Shown here piece after piece: positions 33,927 through 43,925 of a stretch of DNA of 64,000 bases. Under the pieces are notes generated by a model that saw only the letters and a program-made list of their open reading frames with translations, made no database searches and was not told where the DNA came from. Source of the stretch: an uncultured Gemmatimonadaceae bacterium (GTDB lineage Bacteria; Gemmatimonadota; Gemmatimonadetes; Gemmatimonadales; Gemmatimonadaceae); contig CAWAGQ010000002.1 of assembly GCA_963781585.1 (NCBI GenBank), forward strand, positions 1 to 64,000. The letters run 5' to 3'. Position numbers and translations under genes: made by a program. Position 1 is the first letter of the stretch, and each line of letters begins with the position of its first letter.

Positions 33927-34202
33927 ATGCGGCCCACCCAGTTGAAGCTTCTCGGAATCGCAGTCATCGCGGCCGGCGGCGGAGTCTTGTTGGTCGAGCC
34001 CGCTGCAGCCCGCGCGATGCCGACCAGTTGTGACACTATTGGCGAGTGCGTGAGCGAGTGCCCGAGTGAAGAAGAGGTAATAGATTGGTGCGCCGACGAA
34101 GCGATTGCGCACGGTTGCATGCTGACGGGAGGCGGTTGCAACAACTGGGAGGGCAACTGCTCGATTGCATACAAGCACTGCCACATGAAGGAGGCCGAGT
34201 AG
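33927..34202 (+). CDS. Secreted 8-Cys acidic peptide (candidate disulfide-rich peptide or RiPP precursor)
   Basis: RBS GGAGG, signal peptide ending AAA/ARA, mature region with 8 Cys and many D/E/S/T. Confidence 0.75.
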   Translation: MRPTQLKLLGIAVIAAGGGVLLVEPAAARAMPTSCDTIGECVSECPSEEEVIDWCADEAIAHGCMLTGGGCNNWEGNCSIAYKHCHMKEAE

Positions 34203-34475
34203 TGCCGAGCATCCGTCCCAGCCGCAATGCGGCGCTGTGTCTGTGAGCCATAGCTTCGTTGGGTCGGGATGCCACCTTCGCCATGTCGGAGGAGAGCCGC
34301 GTGTTCACAAAGGACGATGGCCGTGGAGTCTTTAGCACGGTGCATTGCCCGCGTCATCCCTTCGGACTTCACGGTTACACACATAGTGCGTCGGCGCGCA
34401 CCGTAATCGTTGGCGTCTGCCCCGTATGGCACTCGCCCTCAAGTACGGGTTCCAACACGCTCTGGGAAGATCTCA

Positions 34476-35162
34476 ATGCCAAAAGGCCCATCACGCTCTC
34501 AGCGAGGCCGGACAGACGTCGCGGGCGCCACGATTGCCGTCTGCGCGGTGCTGATGACACTCTTCGTCGGATATCGGGAACTCGCTCCCACGCCGCAGGA
34601 CATCAGATTGATACCACCGCCGGCCCAACTCGATAATTGGGCGGCGATTGCAACGAACGACCGTCCTCGGCTGGGGCCAGAGCACGCTGCTGTCACCGTG
34701 GTCGAGTTTGGTGATTTCGAGTGCCCGGCTTGTCGAGCGTATGCGGCCACCTTGGACTCCGTCCGTCGCCGCTATCCCGCTGATGTGAAAGTACTGTTTG
34801 CACACTTTCCAATATCCTATCATCGGTTTGCTATCCCCGCCGCAAGGGCCGCCGAGTGCGCGAATGTACAGGGGCGTTTCGAGCAATTCTACTACGCTGT
34901 CTTCGCAAACCAGGACTCGCTCGGCTTGATGCCGTGGTCCAGCTTTGGGGAAGCGGTGGGAATCCCGGATCTCCCAGGTTTCATGAGCTGCGTCGCGGCG
35001 CGCGCGCCGATAGATCGAGTAGGTCGCGATACACTACTTGCGAAAGAGCTTGGCGTACGTGGAACGCCAACAATCCTGGTCAACGGTTGGAAGTGGAGCC
35101 AACCACCCTCGTTCGCGACGCTCGACAGCGTGGTGCAGCATGAGCACAATCGGGCCCCCTAG
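34476..35162 (+). CDS. Membrane-anchored DsbA-family thiol-disulfide oxidoreductase
   Basis: VVEFGDFECPAC, HFP, AARAAECA and GVRGTPT (cis-Pro loop) motifs. Confidence 0.9.
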   Translation: MPKGPSRSQRGRTDVAGATIAVCAVLMTLFVGYRELAPTPQDIRLIPPPAQLDNWAAIATNDRPRLGPEHAAVTVVEFGDFECPACRAYAATLDSVRRRYPADVKVLFAHFPISYHRFAIPAARAAECANVQGRFEQFYYAVFANQDSLGLMPWSSFGEAVGIPDLPGFMSCVAARAPIDRVGRDTLLAKELGVRGTPTILVNGWKWSQPPSFATLDSVVQHEHNRAP

Positions 35163-35163
35163 C

Positions 35164-36459
35164 ATGCGGATTCGGGCATACGGCATCCACGGACTGCGGA
35201 CTATCGTCGCATGCAGCACCCCTGCGGCGTTGTGGCCGCAGGCGCTGGCGGTAATCAATCCTGCGCCTGACTTCAGTTCGCCGAGTTTTCACGTAGGGCG
35301 CGAATTGACGCGGCTGGACACGGACCTGTTGCATGAGATGTATGGCGTGCGACAGGTGACTTTTTCGGAGCGAGGAAGGCTCTTGGTGGCGATTCCAGAT
35401 GTGATGGAGGTGCGCGAATTCGATATGCAAGGTCGGCTTCTTCGCCGGATCGGGCGGCTTGGCTCGGGGCCCGGCGAAAACCGCTCCATTTCGAGTCTCA
35501 TGCGGTTGGCAGGTGACTCGGTCCTCGTCTACGATCAACTCCAGCGCCGGATCAACATTTTCGGACCCGCGCGTCGTTTCGCACGGAGCGTGACCGTCCG
35601 ATACGCAGTCGATCGATGCTGCAGCCCGACGGGCATATATCTCGGCCAAGTCCCGACGACTCCCCAACCACGGACCACATCAGGCCTCGCGATGACAGCT
35701 GACTATCGCATCGCGTCTTGGCGTGGACCGCCCGTGGTCGGGAGCGACCGCAAGTCGCTCGTCACATCAGACACGGCGCGCATTCGCCTGTTCGCGAGGG
35801 CCCCGAGAATTGTGCTGGACCGCAGTCGCGGCGTTGACGGCGAGTTCAGCTTCGGGCCCGTTTATCAGATCCCGTTCGTGGTTCCTCCAATGATCGCGTT
35901 CACGGAGCACTGCATTGTCAATGCGAGTGGTGCAGAGTACGAGATCCACATTTACTCATCCAACGGCCGTCTGCTGCGGGTCGCGACTGCTCCCGTGGCG
36001 CCCGAGCCCGTTACGCGAACAGATATACGCCGCATGCGAGACTCGCTTTCGGCGACGGTGCCGGACGAGGCCCAGTCGCGCCGGCTGTTGGCAGCCCTGG
36101 ACACGATCCGCCTGCCGTCATCCCATCCAGTCATTGACGCGCTGCTCGCCGACGGTACGTCAATCTGGGTCCGCAGCTGGAGCGCCAAGCCATCCGGGGC
36201 TGAGCGGTGGGCGCGCTTTGACGAAGAGGGCCACCTGCAAGGTAGTCTGGTTACTCCTCCCAATCGTCACGCCGTTGCTTTTTTTCAGGGGCGCATTGCA
36301 CTTTTGGAAGAAGATCCCGCCACAGGTTTGCAGCACTTGAGCGTTTCCTCAATCACACAAAACGCGGTCGGGGGGCAGGAAGGTAGGCCGGTACCGAGCA
36401 TGGTCTCGCGCCGCGACCGGCGGGTCGATGGCCCGACCGTAACTGATCCATGCTCATGA
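35164..36459 (+). CDS. 6-bladed beta-propeller protein (second subfamily)
   Basis: FDMQGRLLRRIGRLGSGPGE, GDSVLVYD, YEIHIYSSNGRLLR and WARFDEEG motifs. Start uncertain (35140 or 35164). Confidence 0.75.
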   Translation: MRIRAYGIHGLRTIVACSTPAALWPQALAVINPAPDFSSPSFHVGRELTRLDTDLLHEMYGVRQVTFSERGRLLVAIPDVMEVREFDMQGRLLRRIGRLGSGPGENRSISSLMRLAGDSVLVYDQLQRRINIFGPARRFARSVTVRYAVDRCCSPTGIYLGQVPTTPQPRTTSGLAMTADYRIASWRGPPVVGSDRKSLVTSDTARIRLFARAPRIVLDRSRGVDGEFSFGPVYQIPFVVPPMIAFTEHCIVNASGAEYEIHIYSSNGRLLRVATAPVAPEPVTRTDIRRMRDSLSATVPDEAQSRRLLAALDTIRLPSSHPVIDALLADGTSIWVRSWSAKPSGAERWARFDEEGHLQGSLVTPPNRHAVAFFQGRIALLEEDPATGLQHLSVSSITQNAVGGQEGRPVPSMVSRRDRRVDGPTVTDPCS

Positions 36460-37019
36460 CATGTCGCTACCGGGCGGTGGCCTGCGCCCTCTGGTTCAGC
36501 ATAACGACGAGTTGTGCTACGAACCGGCGCACTACGTTTCCGCGTTCGCCGAATCCCATGCGACTGGTGGCGAGCTCGCTGGAAACGCCCGACGGTCAGG
36601 CGTTTACTGTACGAGGCAGGTTTGAAGGAACCGTGCTGGTGCGAGGGGGCTGGATCGATATCATCGTTCCCGCTGCTACCATTGCGTTTCGGCAGTCGGT
36701 GGTGGACATACGGTATCGTTCCCTCCGAGTGCGGGCCGCGCTAGCATCCGGTTCACAACCTCGGCCATGGCGCATTATCTCCGAGAGCAGGGCAATTCCG
36801 CTTCGCCCGCTCCTGGCGAGGGCGCTCACCAGCGCCGACTCCGCGCAGCGCGTGCTCGTCGATACCCTGCGTTTCGAAGTGCCGCTGCCGCGTGAGCTGC
36901 CGGCCGATCGGGTTTGGATTGCATTCGAATTCGAGTTTGTAGACACGAGCGCTAGCGGTTTCTGCCAGCTGGCTTGGACCTACGCGCATGCGGAACCGCC
37001 GCTGCAGGTATCCCGATGA
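36450..37019 (+). CDS. Putative lipoprotein of unknown function
   Basis: Overlaps the upstream stop; hydrophobic N-terminus ending ITTSC; beta-rich. Confidence 0.55.
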   Translation: MLMTCRYRAVACALWFSITTSCATNRRTTFPRSPNPMRLVASSLETPDGQAFTVRGRFEGTVLVRGGWIDIIVPAATIAFRQSVVDIRYRSLRVRAALASGSQPRPWRIISESRAIPLRPLLARALTSADSAQRVLVDTLRFEVPLPRELPADRVWIAFEFEFVDTSASGFCQLAWTYAHAEPPLQVSR

Positions 37020-37308
37020 CCCGAGTGAGCACGGACCGGATGGTGGCCGCAGCAGCGCCCGCCCCCTCCGGTACGTGCTGCGCGTGAGGCAGGATGGCCG
37101 CTGGGTCGAACTTCGACGGAGAAGATCGGCCGCCCGAGTCTGGCCGCGTCAGCCCAGCAGCCGGGCGAAACCGGGAACTGTTCGTCCACCCATCACTGCG
37201 GACGAATGTCGTATCAGTACCTGGTACTGAAATGGCGTCTTCTCAATGCACCGGTTGTCGCGCGCAGGCTCTGGCCAAAGAACGTGGGACGCGCGAGCAG
37301 CGTGCGTC

Positions 37309-38886
37309 GTGAGCGCCTATGCGCTGGTGGTGGGCTTTGGTGGAACGAGCGAGTACCGACAGCAACTCAGAGCCCGTTTTGCATCCCACGGCTTGCACTC
37401 CCTTTTCCTCGATAGGTGGGACGAGTGGCACATTTCGCTGTTTCCAAATAGCGCATCGTATCAGCTGCGGTCGGTGGGCGGTCTGCCTACTGTGCGGGCG
37501 CCTGATGTGAGGGTCGTCTTGTTATTCGGTTACCCGTCACCGCCCGAGGTTGACGCAGCGGACACGTACTACCAAGCCGTCGAGTACGAGGCGCTGCTGT
37601 TCGGCCTCTGTGCGCTTGCTACTCCGGTGACTGCATCGAGATGGCAGTTTCTTGCGATGGGGTATTCAGATAGTCGCCAGCGAGTCGGCATGGGCCATGA
37701 TGTCCTCCAGCTCTGGCCGTCAGTAACAGGCCTCTTCGAACTTGGTGCACGTGAGGCTCTGCTATTCGGCGACGGCTGCATCTACCTGACCGCGGAGCGA
37801 CAGGTCGTTTGCCCGTCCATCTGGCCTTGGTCACCTCAGATACCGTTCCCCGTCACGCTTGAGCTCGATGTGGCTCGCAGCGAGTTCGTTCCGCTGGTGG
37901 GCATGCTCCCTGACTGGACTCCACCGAGCAGCACCATCTTGCAGGCTATCATCGCGGCATCGTTGGGCGGTCAACACAGCTGGCGCAGCATCGTCGAGAC
38001 GCCCATTCCCCGCATGATGCCTGCGGGAGTGGGACGTATCGGCATTGTGGCGCATCGCACTGATCAGACGGCAATACATCTGCTGCACCGGTGCAGAATT
38101 CAGGGAAAGCGGTCGACCCTCCTGGACCTGACCTTCCTTTACTCGCGCTCTTGTCCTACCGCCGTATTCGAAGAAAGCCTGGAGCAGCTGCACCATGAAC
38201 CGCTCGTGTTCGCGCGACCGCTGCTTGTAATCCGGGCCGGGGATCCGAACAACACGCTTGCCCCCGAACGCCACATGCGAGTGCTTCGCACTCTACAGCA
38301 GAGGTTCCTCCCCACCATGAATCCTCCCGCCGCAGGTCATACCAATTTCTCGAAATCCGCTCACGCCGCATGCCTGGTCGAGCAGGGCTTGGACGTACCT
38401 GCGACGCTTGCTACCAACGATGCTGCCGCAGCTCGGGATTTCCTCGCTGAATACCGGCATGTGATATACAAGTCGGGCAGCTGGATGAGGAGTCTCGCCG
38501 CCGTACTTCGGCGAGATGATGTCGATCGCCTCGAATCCCTGCATAACTGCCCCTGCCTTTTCCAGGAGCGGATCGTGGGGCCCAGCTGTCGGGTTCACAC
38601 TGTGTTCGACGAGCAGATGTCTCTGCTGATCAATATTCCAGGCGTGGATTATCGCCCACGCGTTAGCGCGCACCACTGTCGGCCGATAGAGCTGCCAGCG
38701 CCGCTTTCACGTTCGCTCTCAGCGGCAGCTATGGCTGCCGGGCTCGCCTTATCCGGCTGCGACGTTATCTGGAGCCCGGATTCCAAGAAGTGGCTCACAC
38801 TTGAAATCAATCGCATGCCGGCGTTTGCCTTCTACGATCACTTGTCGTCGATGTCGGTTGCGGATGCTGTGCTGGATCACGTATGA
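37309..38886 (+). CDS. RimK/MvdC-D-like ATP-grasp ligase fused to an N-terminal, probably degenerate, ATP-grasp-like domain
   Basis: MNPP...NFSK, GLDVPATLATND, VIYKS, CLFQERI, RVH, DYR, GCD and LEINRMPAF motifs. Start uncertain (ORF opens at 37246). Confidence 0.8.
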   Translation: MSAYALVVGFGGTSEYRQQLRARFASHGLHSLFLDRWDEWHISLFPNSASYQLRSVGGLPTVRAPDVRVVLLFGYPSPPEVDAADTYYQAVEYEALLFGLCALATPVTASRWQFLAMGYSDSRQRVGMGHDVLQLWPSVTGLFELGAREALLFGDGCIYLTAERQVVCPSIWPWSPQIPFPVTLELDVARSEFVPLVGMLPDWTPPSSTILQAIIAASLGGQHSWRSIVETPIPRMMPAGVGRIGIVAHRTDQTAIHLLHRCRIQGKRSTLLDLTFLYSRSCPTAVFEESLEQLHHEPLVFARPLLVIRAGDPNNTLAPERHMRVLRTLQQRFLPTMNPPAAGHTNFSKSAHAACLVEQGLDVPATLATNDAAAARDFLAEYRHVIYKSGSWMRSLAAVLRRDDVDRLESLHNCPCLFQERIVGPSCRVHTVFDEQMSLLINIPGVDYRPRVSAHHCRPIELPAPLSRSLSAAAMAAGLALSGCDVIWSPDSKKWLTLEINRMPAFAFYDHLSSMSVADAVLDHV

Positions 38887-39450
38887 GCGAAACAACTCTC
38901 CAGGTTTCGGCGCGGCGTGTGCTTCGCCGTCCGAGGCCGGAGCGTGGGCGGGGGTGAGTGGGGTACCATCGCGAGGATTCGCCCTGATGACACAGTGGAT
39001 CGATCTACTGGACGGGTGCCAGGCGCGCGGATCGGCACTAGCCTCGCTCCCGGGTACGGGACCGAGGTGATAGCGTGGTCTGCTGGCCATGGGTACTTGG
39101 GGGCGAGTGAAGGAGGATCCTTCCGTTGAATCCGATGCCCGCGTTCGTATCATCCGTGGCCAGAAACGTCGCTGGCCCTACGGTGGCTACTCCAATCGGT
39201 TACCTTACTGCAGTTTCTGGCAGCGCGCCGGAACGAGCATCGGTCCCATGGCGGCCCCTGCCACTTGCCGTCCTTCGCGGACCGTCAGGCGCGTTTCGTC
39301 GTGGAATTGGTCGAATACGGCAAGCCAGTGGTGAGTATCTTTTGTGGTTTGGTTCGCGTGCGCCGGTGGGTGCTCACGCCGACACCTTGATCGTCCTCAG
39401 CTTGTCTGACGGGGTTGTCACCGGTTGGATCGCGCCGCTCGAGACCCCGG
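38883..39450 (+). pseudogene. Probable fragmented gene (propeller-like remnant) cut by the gene A duplicate
   Basis: ATGA-coupled start; broken frames; 'GAFRRGIGR...DTLIVLSLSDGVVTGW' runs into gene A sequence at about 39450. Confidence 0.3.
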
Positions 39451-40644
39451 AGCGCTCGTACATCCGGCTGCCGCGGATGGCGCGAGTGGGCGCCGCGCGC
39501 GTGGGCGCCTTCACCGTGCCTGCCCGGGACAGCCTCCTGGGCTACCGCGAGGAGGGGGGCTGGGCCGCGATGGAGTCCCGGCGGGGCGCTTGGGCGGCCG
39601 GGATGCCGACGCTGACCGGGCTGGTGTTCGCCAGCCTTCACGGCGTGCCGCTCGCGAACGCGCACCTCAACCTGGCCGGGGGCGTGGCCGATGCGGTGAC
39701 CGATAGCACCGGCCGGTACCGGCTCCGGAGCGCGCTGGCGGGGCGCTACCGCCCCTCCACCGTGGAGACGGAATCCGACGCGGCGGGGATCGTGACGTTC
39801 TGCCGGCCGCCGCGGCAGGACGTGGTGCGGCTGCGGGCGGAGCTCGGCGGCGCCCGTGTGGAGCGGAGCCTCGCAGATGACGGACACCGCGAGCGTGGTG
39901 GAGGTGCGGCTGGCCCTGAGCACCGCGGCGGCGGGATCGACCACGTTGCGCGGGCGGGTGCTCATCAGGACCGATTCGGCGACGCGGCCGGCCGCATCAG
40001 CGGAGGTCCTGCTGCCCGGGCTCGCGAAGTCGGCCCGGACAAATGGCGACGGTTCCTTCGCCTTCGTCGCGCTCTCGCGCGGCACGTACACCGTGCTGGT
40101 GCGCGACGTCGGCTACCGGCCGGTGCTGGCGCGGGTGACGGTCCCACTGCCGGCGGACTCGGTGCGCGAGTTCGTGCTGACGCCGATTGCCCCGGAGCTG
40201 CCGGGGGTGGCGGTCACGGCGACCGCGGTGTCGTCCAAGATGCGGGGGTTCGAGGAGCGGCGCCTGACCAATGCCGGCGGCCGGTTCATCACCCGCGCCG
40301 ACCTCGCGAAACACGAGGAGTGGCCCCTGAGCGACGTGCTGCGATCGGTGCCCGGCGTGCGCCTGGCGCGGCAGCCGGACAACTCGGTCTATCTGGTGAG
40401 CACGCGCGCGGCGTTCGCGGCGACCATTTCGAAATCGGGCGCAGACATCTGCTACTACCAGGTGTACCTCGATGGAACCGTGATCTTCCAGCCGGGCCGG
40501 GGGCTGCCGCCGAATATCAACGACTTCGCGCCGAACGGGATCGAGGCGATCGAGATCTACGCGGGGCCGGCCAGCACGCCCATGCGGTTCAGTGGCATCG
40601 GTGCGGCCTGCGGGACGATCGTGCTGTGGACGCGGGCGCCGTGA
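39451..40644 (+). pseudogene. 5'-truncated, internally deleted duplicate of gene A
   Basis: Matches about 31148-32636, lacks about 31452-31744 (junction near 39753) and has a frameshift near 39875. Confidence 0.85.
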
Positions 40645-40666
40645 GGGAGTGAATCTCCTCTCATCG

Positions 40667-41239
40667 TCAGCCGCCGGGCATCTGACGGGCTCGGATCCAC
40701 AGCCCCTCAAGCCCGCGCTCTCGCACCAGCCCTTCGAGCGCGGCCGTATCGATCGCCACGCCACTCACCCGCAGCATCCCGGCGATGTCTCGGAGGTGAC
40801 GATCAGATCCGCTCTCGCCGAAGTACTCCAGCTTCCGCACGATGACGTATTCGAGAGGCGCGAACCAGAGCGTGTCGCCTTTCACATCTTCTGGACGGCG
40901 GCGCGGGAATGCCCACGCGTGCAATGGATCGGATCCCGCGAGGTACACATCGGCCCGAAGTGCGGTCTCACGGTGAACGATGTTGAAGTGGCCGAAGCGA
41001 CTGCGTGCGACTTCCTGTTCGAGTATCTCGGTCGGCGGCACGTAATAGGCCGGCTCGTTGAAGACCGCGAGCAGCCGCTCGGACTGACCGGCGCCCAGCC
41101 ACAGGACCACGTCCACGTCGTTCGTCATTCGGGGCTCGCCGTAGGCGATGGCGGCCACCGAACCGGTGATCATGTAGGGGAGTCCGCTGCGCGACAGCGG
41201 CGAGAGAATCACGCGCCGCAGATCGGCGGTCGCGCTCAC
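40667..41239 (-). CDS. DUF6036-like nucleotidyltransferase (putative TA component)
   Basis: PYMITGSVAAIAYGEPRMTNDVDVV and VIVRKL...SDRHLRDI motifs. Confidence 0.75.
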   Translation of the reverse strand: MSATADLRRVILSPLSRSGLPYMITGSVAAIAYGEPRMTNDVDVVLWLGAGQSERLLAVFNEPAYYVPPTEILEQEVARSRFGHFNIVHRETALRADVYLAGSDPLHAWAFPRRRPEDVKGDTLWFAPLEYVIVRKLEYFGESGSDRHLRDIAGMLRVSGVAIDTAALEGLVRERGLEGLWIRARQMPGG

Positions 41240-41427
41240 CGAAATGCCGCGCGAACCGCCGTCAGGAGCTCCGTCTCGGACCACTCCGGGTGTTGTCGCG
41301 CCAGCACGGCGCGTTTCAGCTCCCACGCGAATGTTCGCAACGCGTGGGCCGTGGCCAGACGTTGATCGATCGTCATCGCCCGGAGCCTCTCGATCTGCAC
41401 GACCTCGGCCTCGCTGTGCGGATCCAT
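41236..41427 (-). CDS. Small helical partner protein upstream of the nucleotidyltransferase
   Basis: GTGA overlap; QIERLRAMTIDQRL...RQHPEWSETEL. Confidence 0.65.
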   Translation of the reverse strand: MDPHSEAEVVQIERLRAMTIDQRLATAHALRTFAWELKRAVLARQHPEWSETELLTAVRAAFR

Positions 41428-41647
41428 GAAAGGAAAACTGCCGACCATTCCGGGTGGCAACAAGCATCTCGTCACTGCGGGGTGCCTGGCTATCGCGGCG
41501 CGCCTGCGTGACGACGGCTGGCTTGCTCGAGGTTCGAGGATCAGCGGCGTCGTGTCGGTCAGACGCGCATCATCTTTCGCCGCCTCCGGTGCGTTTCGCA
41601 GCGCGACATTCCCTCGCCGGTCACCTCCCGCGCTCCAGCCATAGTCG

Positions 41648-42205
41648 TCAACGAACAATGCCGCTCACCGCTGCCCACTGGGCTTGCAGGCCCAGCACCT
41701 CGACCCAATGTCGTATGTATTCCCGGTCCAGCTCCTCGCCCCGCAGCCGCAGCAGCGCCCGCACGTCGTCCATCTGCCGACTGGAGTCGCCCAGCTTTGC
41801 CCACTCGAGCTTCGAGAGAACTACGTCCTCCAGCGTCGCGATGTCGAGCAGGATGCCCTGGAAGTCAATTGGCTGCCGGCGTTCGAACTCGGTAGCGCTG
41901 AACGGGCGCAATTTCCGCACGATGAAGTCCGCCTTCCAGCCCGACTCCACGTCGACCACGTTGAACAGTGCACGCTGGGTGAGTGCCTCCTGGGCGGCTT
42001 CCGGCGAGACGTATACGCCACTCGCCCGCATGCGCCCGACGAACGACTGGAGCTGGGAGGGAAGCGGGTCGATCACCAAATCGATGTCCATGGTCGCGCG
42101 CCCGGCGCCATGGTACGCGCTCGCCACCGATCCGGTCAGCATGAATGGAATCCCCTCCTCGCGCAGCGCGGTCGCGAGCGCGCGCAGGAGCGCCTCTGCT
42201 GTCAC
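41648..42205 (-). CDS. DUF6036-like nucleotidyltransferase (second paralogue)
   Basis: PFMLTGSVASAYHGAGRATMDIDLV and EDVVLSKLEW...SSRQMDDV motifs. Confidence 0.75.
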   Translation of the reverse strand: MTAEALLRALATALREEGIPFMLTGSVASAYHGAGRATMDIDLVIDPLPSQLQSFVGRMRASGVYVSPEAAQEALTQRALFNVVDVESGWKADFIVRKLRPFSATEFERRQPIDFQGILLDIATLEDVVLSKLEWAKLGDSSRQMDDVRALLRLRGEELDREYIRHWVEVLGLQAQWAAVSGIVR

Positions 42206-42426
42206 TCGCGACCGCTGGTCAGACGACCGCGCGTGACCGGCTCGCCCAGCAGCACTTCCACGAGCTCGAGTGTGGAGCGCTCCGGATAGCGCACGCGGAG
42301 GCGCGACAATGCGAGTTCGCGGATCGTCTCGCTGTCGGCCAACGCCCGTCGCAGGCGGTCCACGGGAGGTGTTCGGAGGATCGCCTCACGCGCGACGGCT
42401 GCGGCGTCCGTTGACGTGTCGGTCAT
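42202..42426 (-). CDS. Small helical partner protein
   Basis: GTGA overlap; MTDTS...PVDRLRRAL...LRVRYPE, similar in pattern to the 41236 partner. Confidence 0.65.
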   Translation of the reverse strand: MTDTSTDAAAVAREAILRTPPVDRLRRALADSETIRELALSRLRVRYPERSTLELVEVLLGEPVTRGRLTSGRE

Positions 42427-42490
42427 GTGCCAGGAGGTTGCTGGTGGCCGGAGGCGCCCCGAGACGCTGGTGCAGCAGGGATCCCGGAGG

Positions 42491-42988
42491 TCATGCGGGA
42501 AAGATACCGCCCGACTCTCGCGCGGCCACTGCGGCCGATCTGTCGTCCGCCACGCCCCGAGACGTCTCCCAGAGGACCGCGCCACGTGGTCGGGCAGGCT
42601 CGTTATCGCCGAGCTGGTCCCGGCAGATGAGGCGGAGTTCCTCGTCATCGACGGCGTGATAGAAGTGCACCATTCGGTTGCGATAGCCTGCAAGCCGAAG
42701 CATGAGTGCGGCGTCGGGCGTATCGAGGACGTGTACGTCCGCCAGCATGTCCGCGATCGCCTTGTACTCAGCCACGCCAGGTCCGAAGCCCTTGGCGAGG
42801 ATGTGGCGACCGAGATCGCGCAGGGCCTCCAGCGCACGGCGCAGGTATGATTCGGCGGCGGCGACCGTTCGAGGATCGGCGCGAAAGTCGGCGGCATCCA
42901 GCGGCAGCGCGCGAATCGCCGCGATCATGCGTCGAATCCATGCCGCCCGGTCGACCACGACGCCCGCGCTGATCGGCGCCGGCGTCAT
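42491..42988 (-). CDS. hepT: HepT-like HEPN ribonuclease (DUF86); C-terminus possibly frameshifted
   Basis: AAESYLRRALEALRDLGRHI and RNRMVH (RxxxxH) motifs. Confidence 0.85.
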   Translation of the reverse strand: MTPAPISAGVVVDRAAWIRRMIAAIRALPLDAADFRADPRTVAAAESYLRRALEALRDLGRHILAKGFGPGVAEYKAIADMLADVHVLDTPDAALMLRLAGYRNRMVHFYHAVDDEELRLICRDQLGDNEPARPRGAVLWETSRGVADDRSAAVAARESGGIFPA

Positions 42989-43422
42989 CGTCCGCCGCCG
43001 CGCAACACGAGCTCCCGCCGCTCGCGCTCCAGCGGGGCCAGATCGCCAGCGCGGCGCAGAATGAACAACTCGTACTCCGCATGATCGACCGCATCCGTGC
43101 AGTACAGCAGATTGCCCCGGATGACCGCCAACGCGAGGAACGGGCCCGCCTCCGTCACGACCAGCAGATCCACCTGTTTCACCCCAAGGGCATGCTCGAG
43201 CGCGAGCGTCAACTCGACGCGTTCTGCCGGAGTCAACAGGCGATCGCGCACCGGTCTGACGGCGATATCGACGTCGGAGTCGGCCCGGACCGCGCCATCC
43301 GACCGCGGGGCACCGGTCGCGATCTGGTCGGCGCGGCTGCCGAAGACGTAGATGTCGGCGAGGCCGAACCGCGCGGCGATCGCTTCGAGCCGCACCGGAG
43401 GGCTCTCGTTGGTGGCTGCCAT
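42985..43422 (-). CDS. mntA: MntA-like minimal nucleotidyltransferase antitoxin
   Basis: YVFGSRAD...DSDVDIAV and VDLL motifs; ATGA overlap with the HEPN gene. Confidence 0.85.
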   Translation of the reverse strand: MAATNESPPVRLEAIAARFGLADIYVFGSRADQIATGAPRSDGAVRADSDVDIAVRPVRDRLLTPAERVELTLALEHALGVKQVDLLVVTEAGPFLALAVIRGNLLYCTDAVDHAEYELFILRRAGDLAPLERERRELVLRGGGR

Positions 43423-43586
43423 GGCGGGAATCCTACCCGACGGCGTGGGCGCCGCCAAGTTGGCTTGTGCGGGAGGCCTTCCTGCGCCGATCGCCGGGGC
43501 CGACGACAGGGACAGCGCCGGCGCCGCGGCTCGATGTCGTCGGTCTCCCTGCCACCGTGGGACTCGCGTTGCAGTCGTCAGGCTCT

Positions 43587-43925
43587 TCAGGTCGCGATGA
43601 TCTCATTGAGTCCGTCGATCACCGACTCGAGGTCCTCGGGTGAGGTGCGGCCCAGACGTCTCCCCAGGCGTTCGACCGAGAGTGTTCGGACCTGACTGAT
43701 CTTGACCCAGGACCGCTTCGGCAGGCCGCGGCTCTGCAGTTCCAGCGTGAGGGGGAAGCCCGCTCGTTGCGGCCGGGACGTGAGTGCCACCGCGATCACT
43801 GTCCCGGAGCGTTCATTGAACACGTCGTGACTGAGGATCAGAACCGGTCGCAGTCCCGCCTGCTCGCGCCCTCCCGTGGGATTCAGATTGGCCCACCGGA
43901 TCTCCCCTCTCAGTATTTGGGCCAT
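43587..43925 (-). CDS. mazF: PemK/MazF-family toxin
   Basis: RGEIRWANLNP..GREQAGLRPVLILS and SQVRTLSVERL motifs. Confidence 0.9.
   Translation of the reverse strand: MAQILRGEIRWANLNPTGGREQAGLRPVLILSHDVFNERSGTVIAVALTSRPQRAGFPLTLELQSRGLPKRSWVKISQVRTLSVERLGRRLGRTSPEDLESVIDGLNEIIAT

Noticed and set aside
34203..34475. Additional peptide gene between the 8-Cys peptide and DsbA
   Set aside because: Candidate ORFs lack a clear RBS or signal peptide and overlap the DsbA gene out of frame.
31148..40644. Diversity-generating retroelement (TR/VR) between A and A'
   Set aside because: No reverse transcriptase is present, and the differences are not adenine-specific.
39126..40652. 508-aa ORF as a real gene
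   Set aside because: It is a chimera of a remnant, the gene A duplicate and an off-frame tail.
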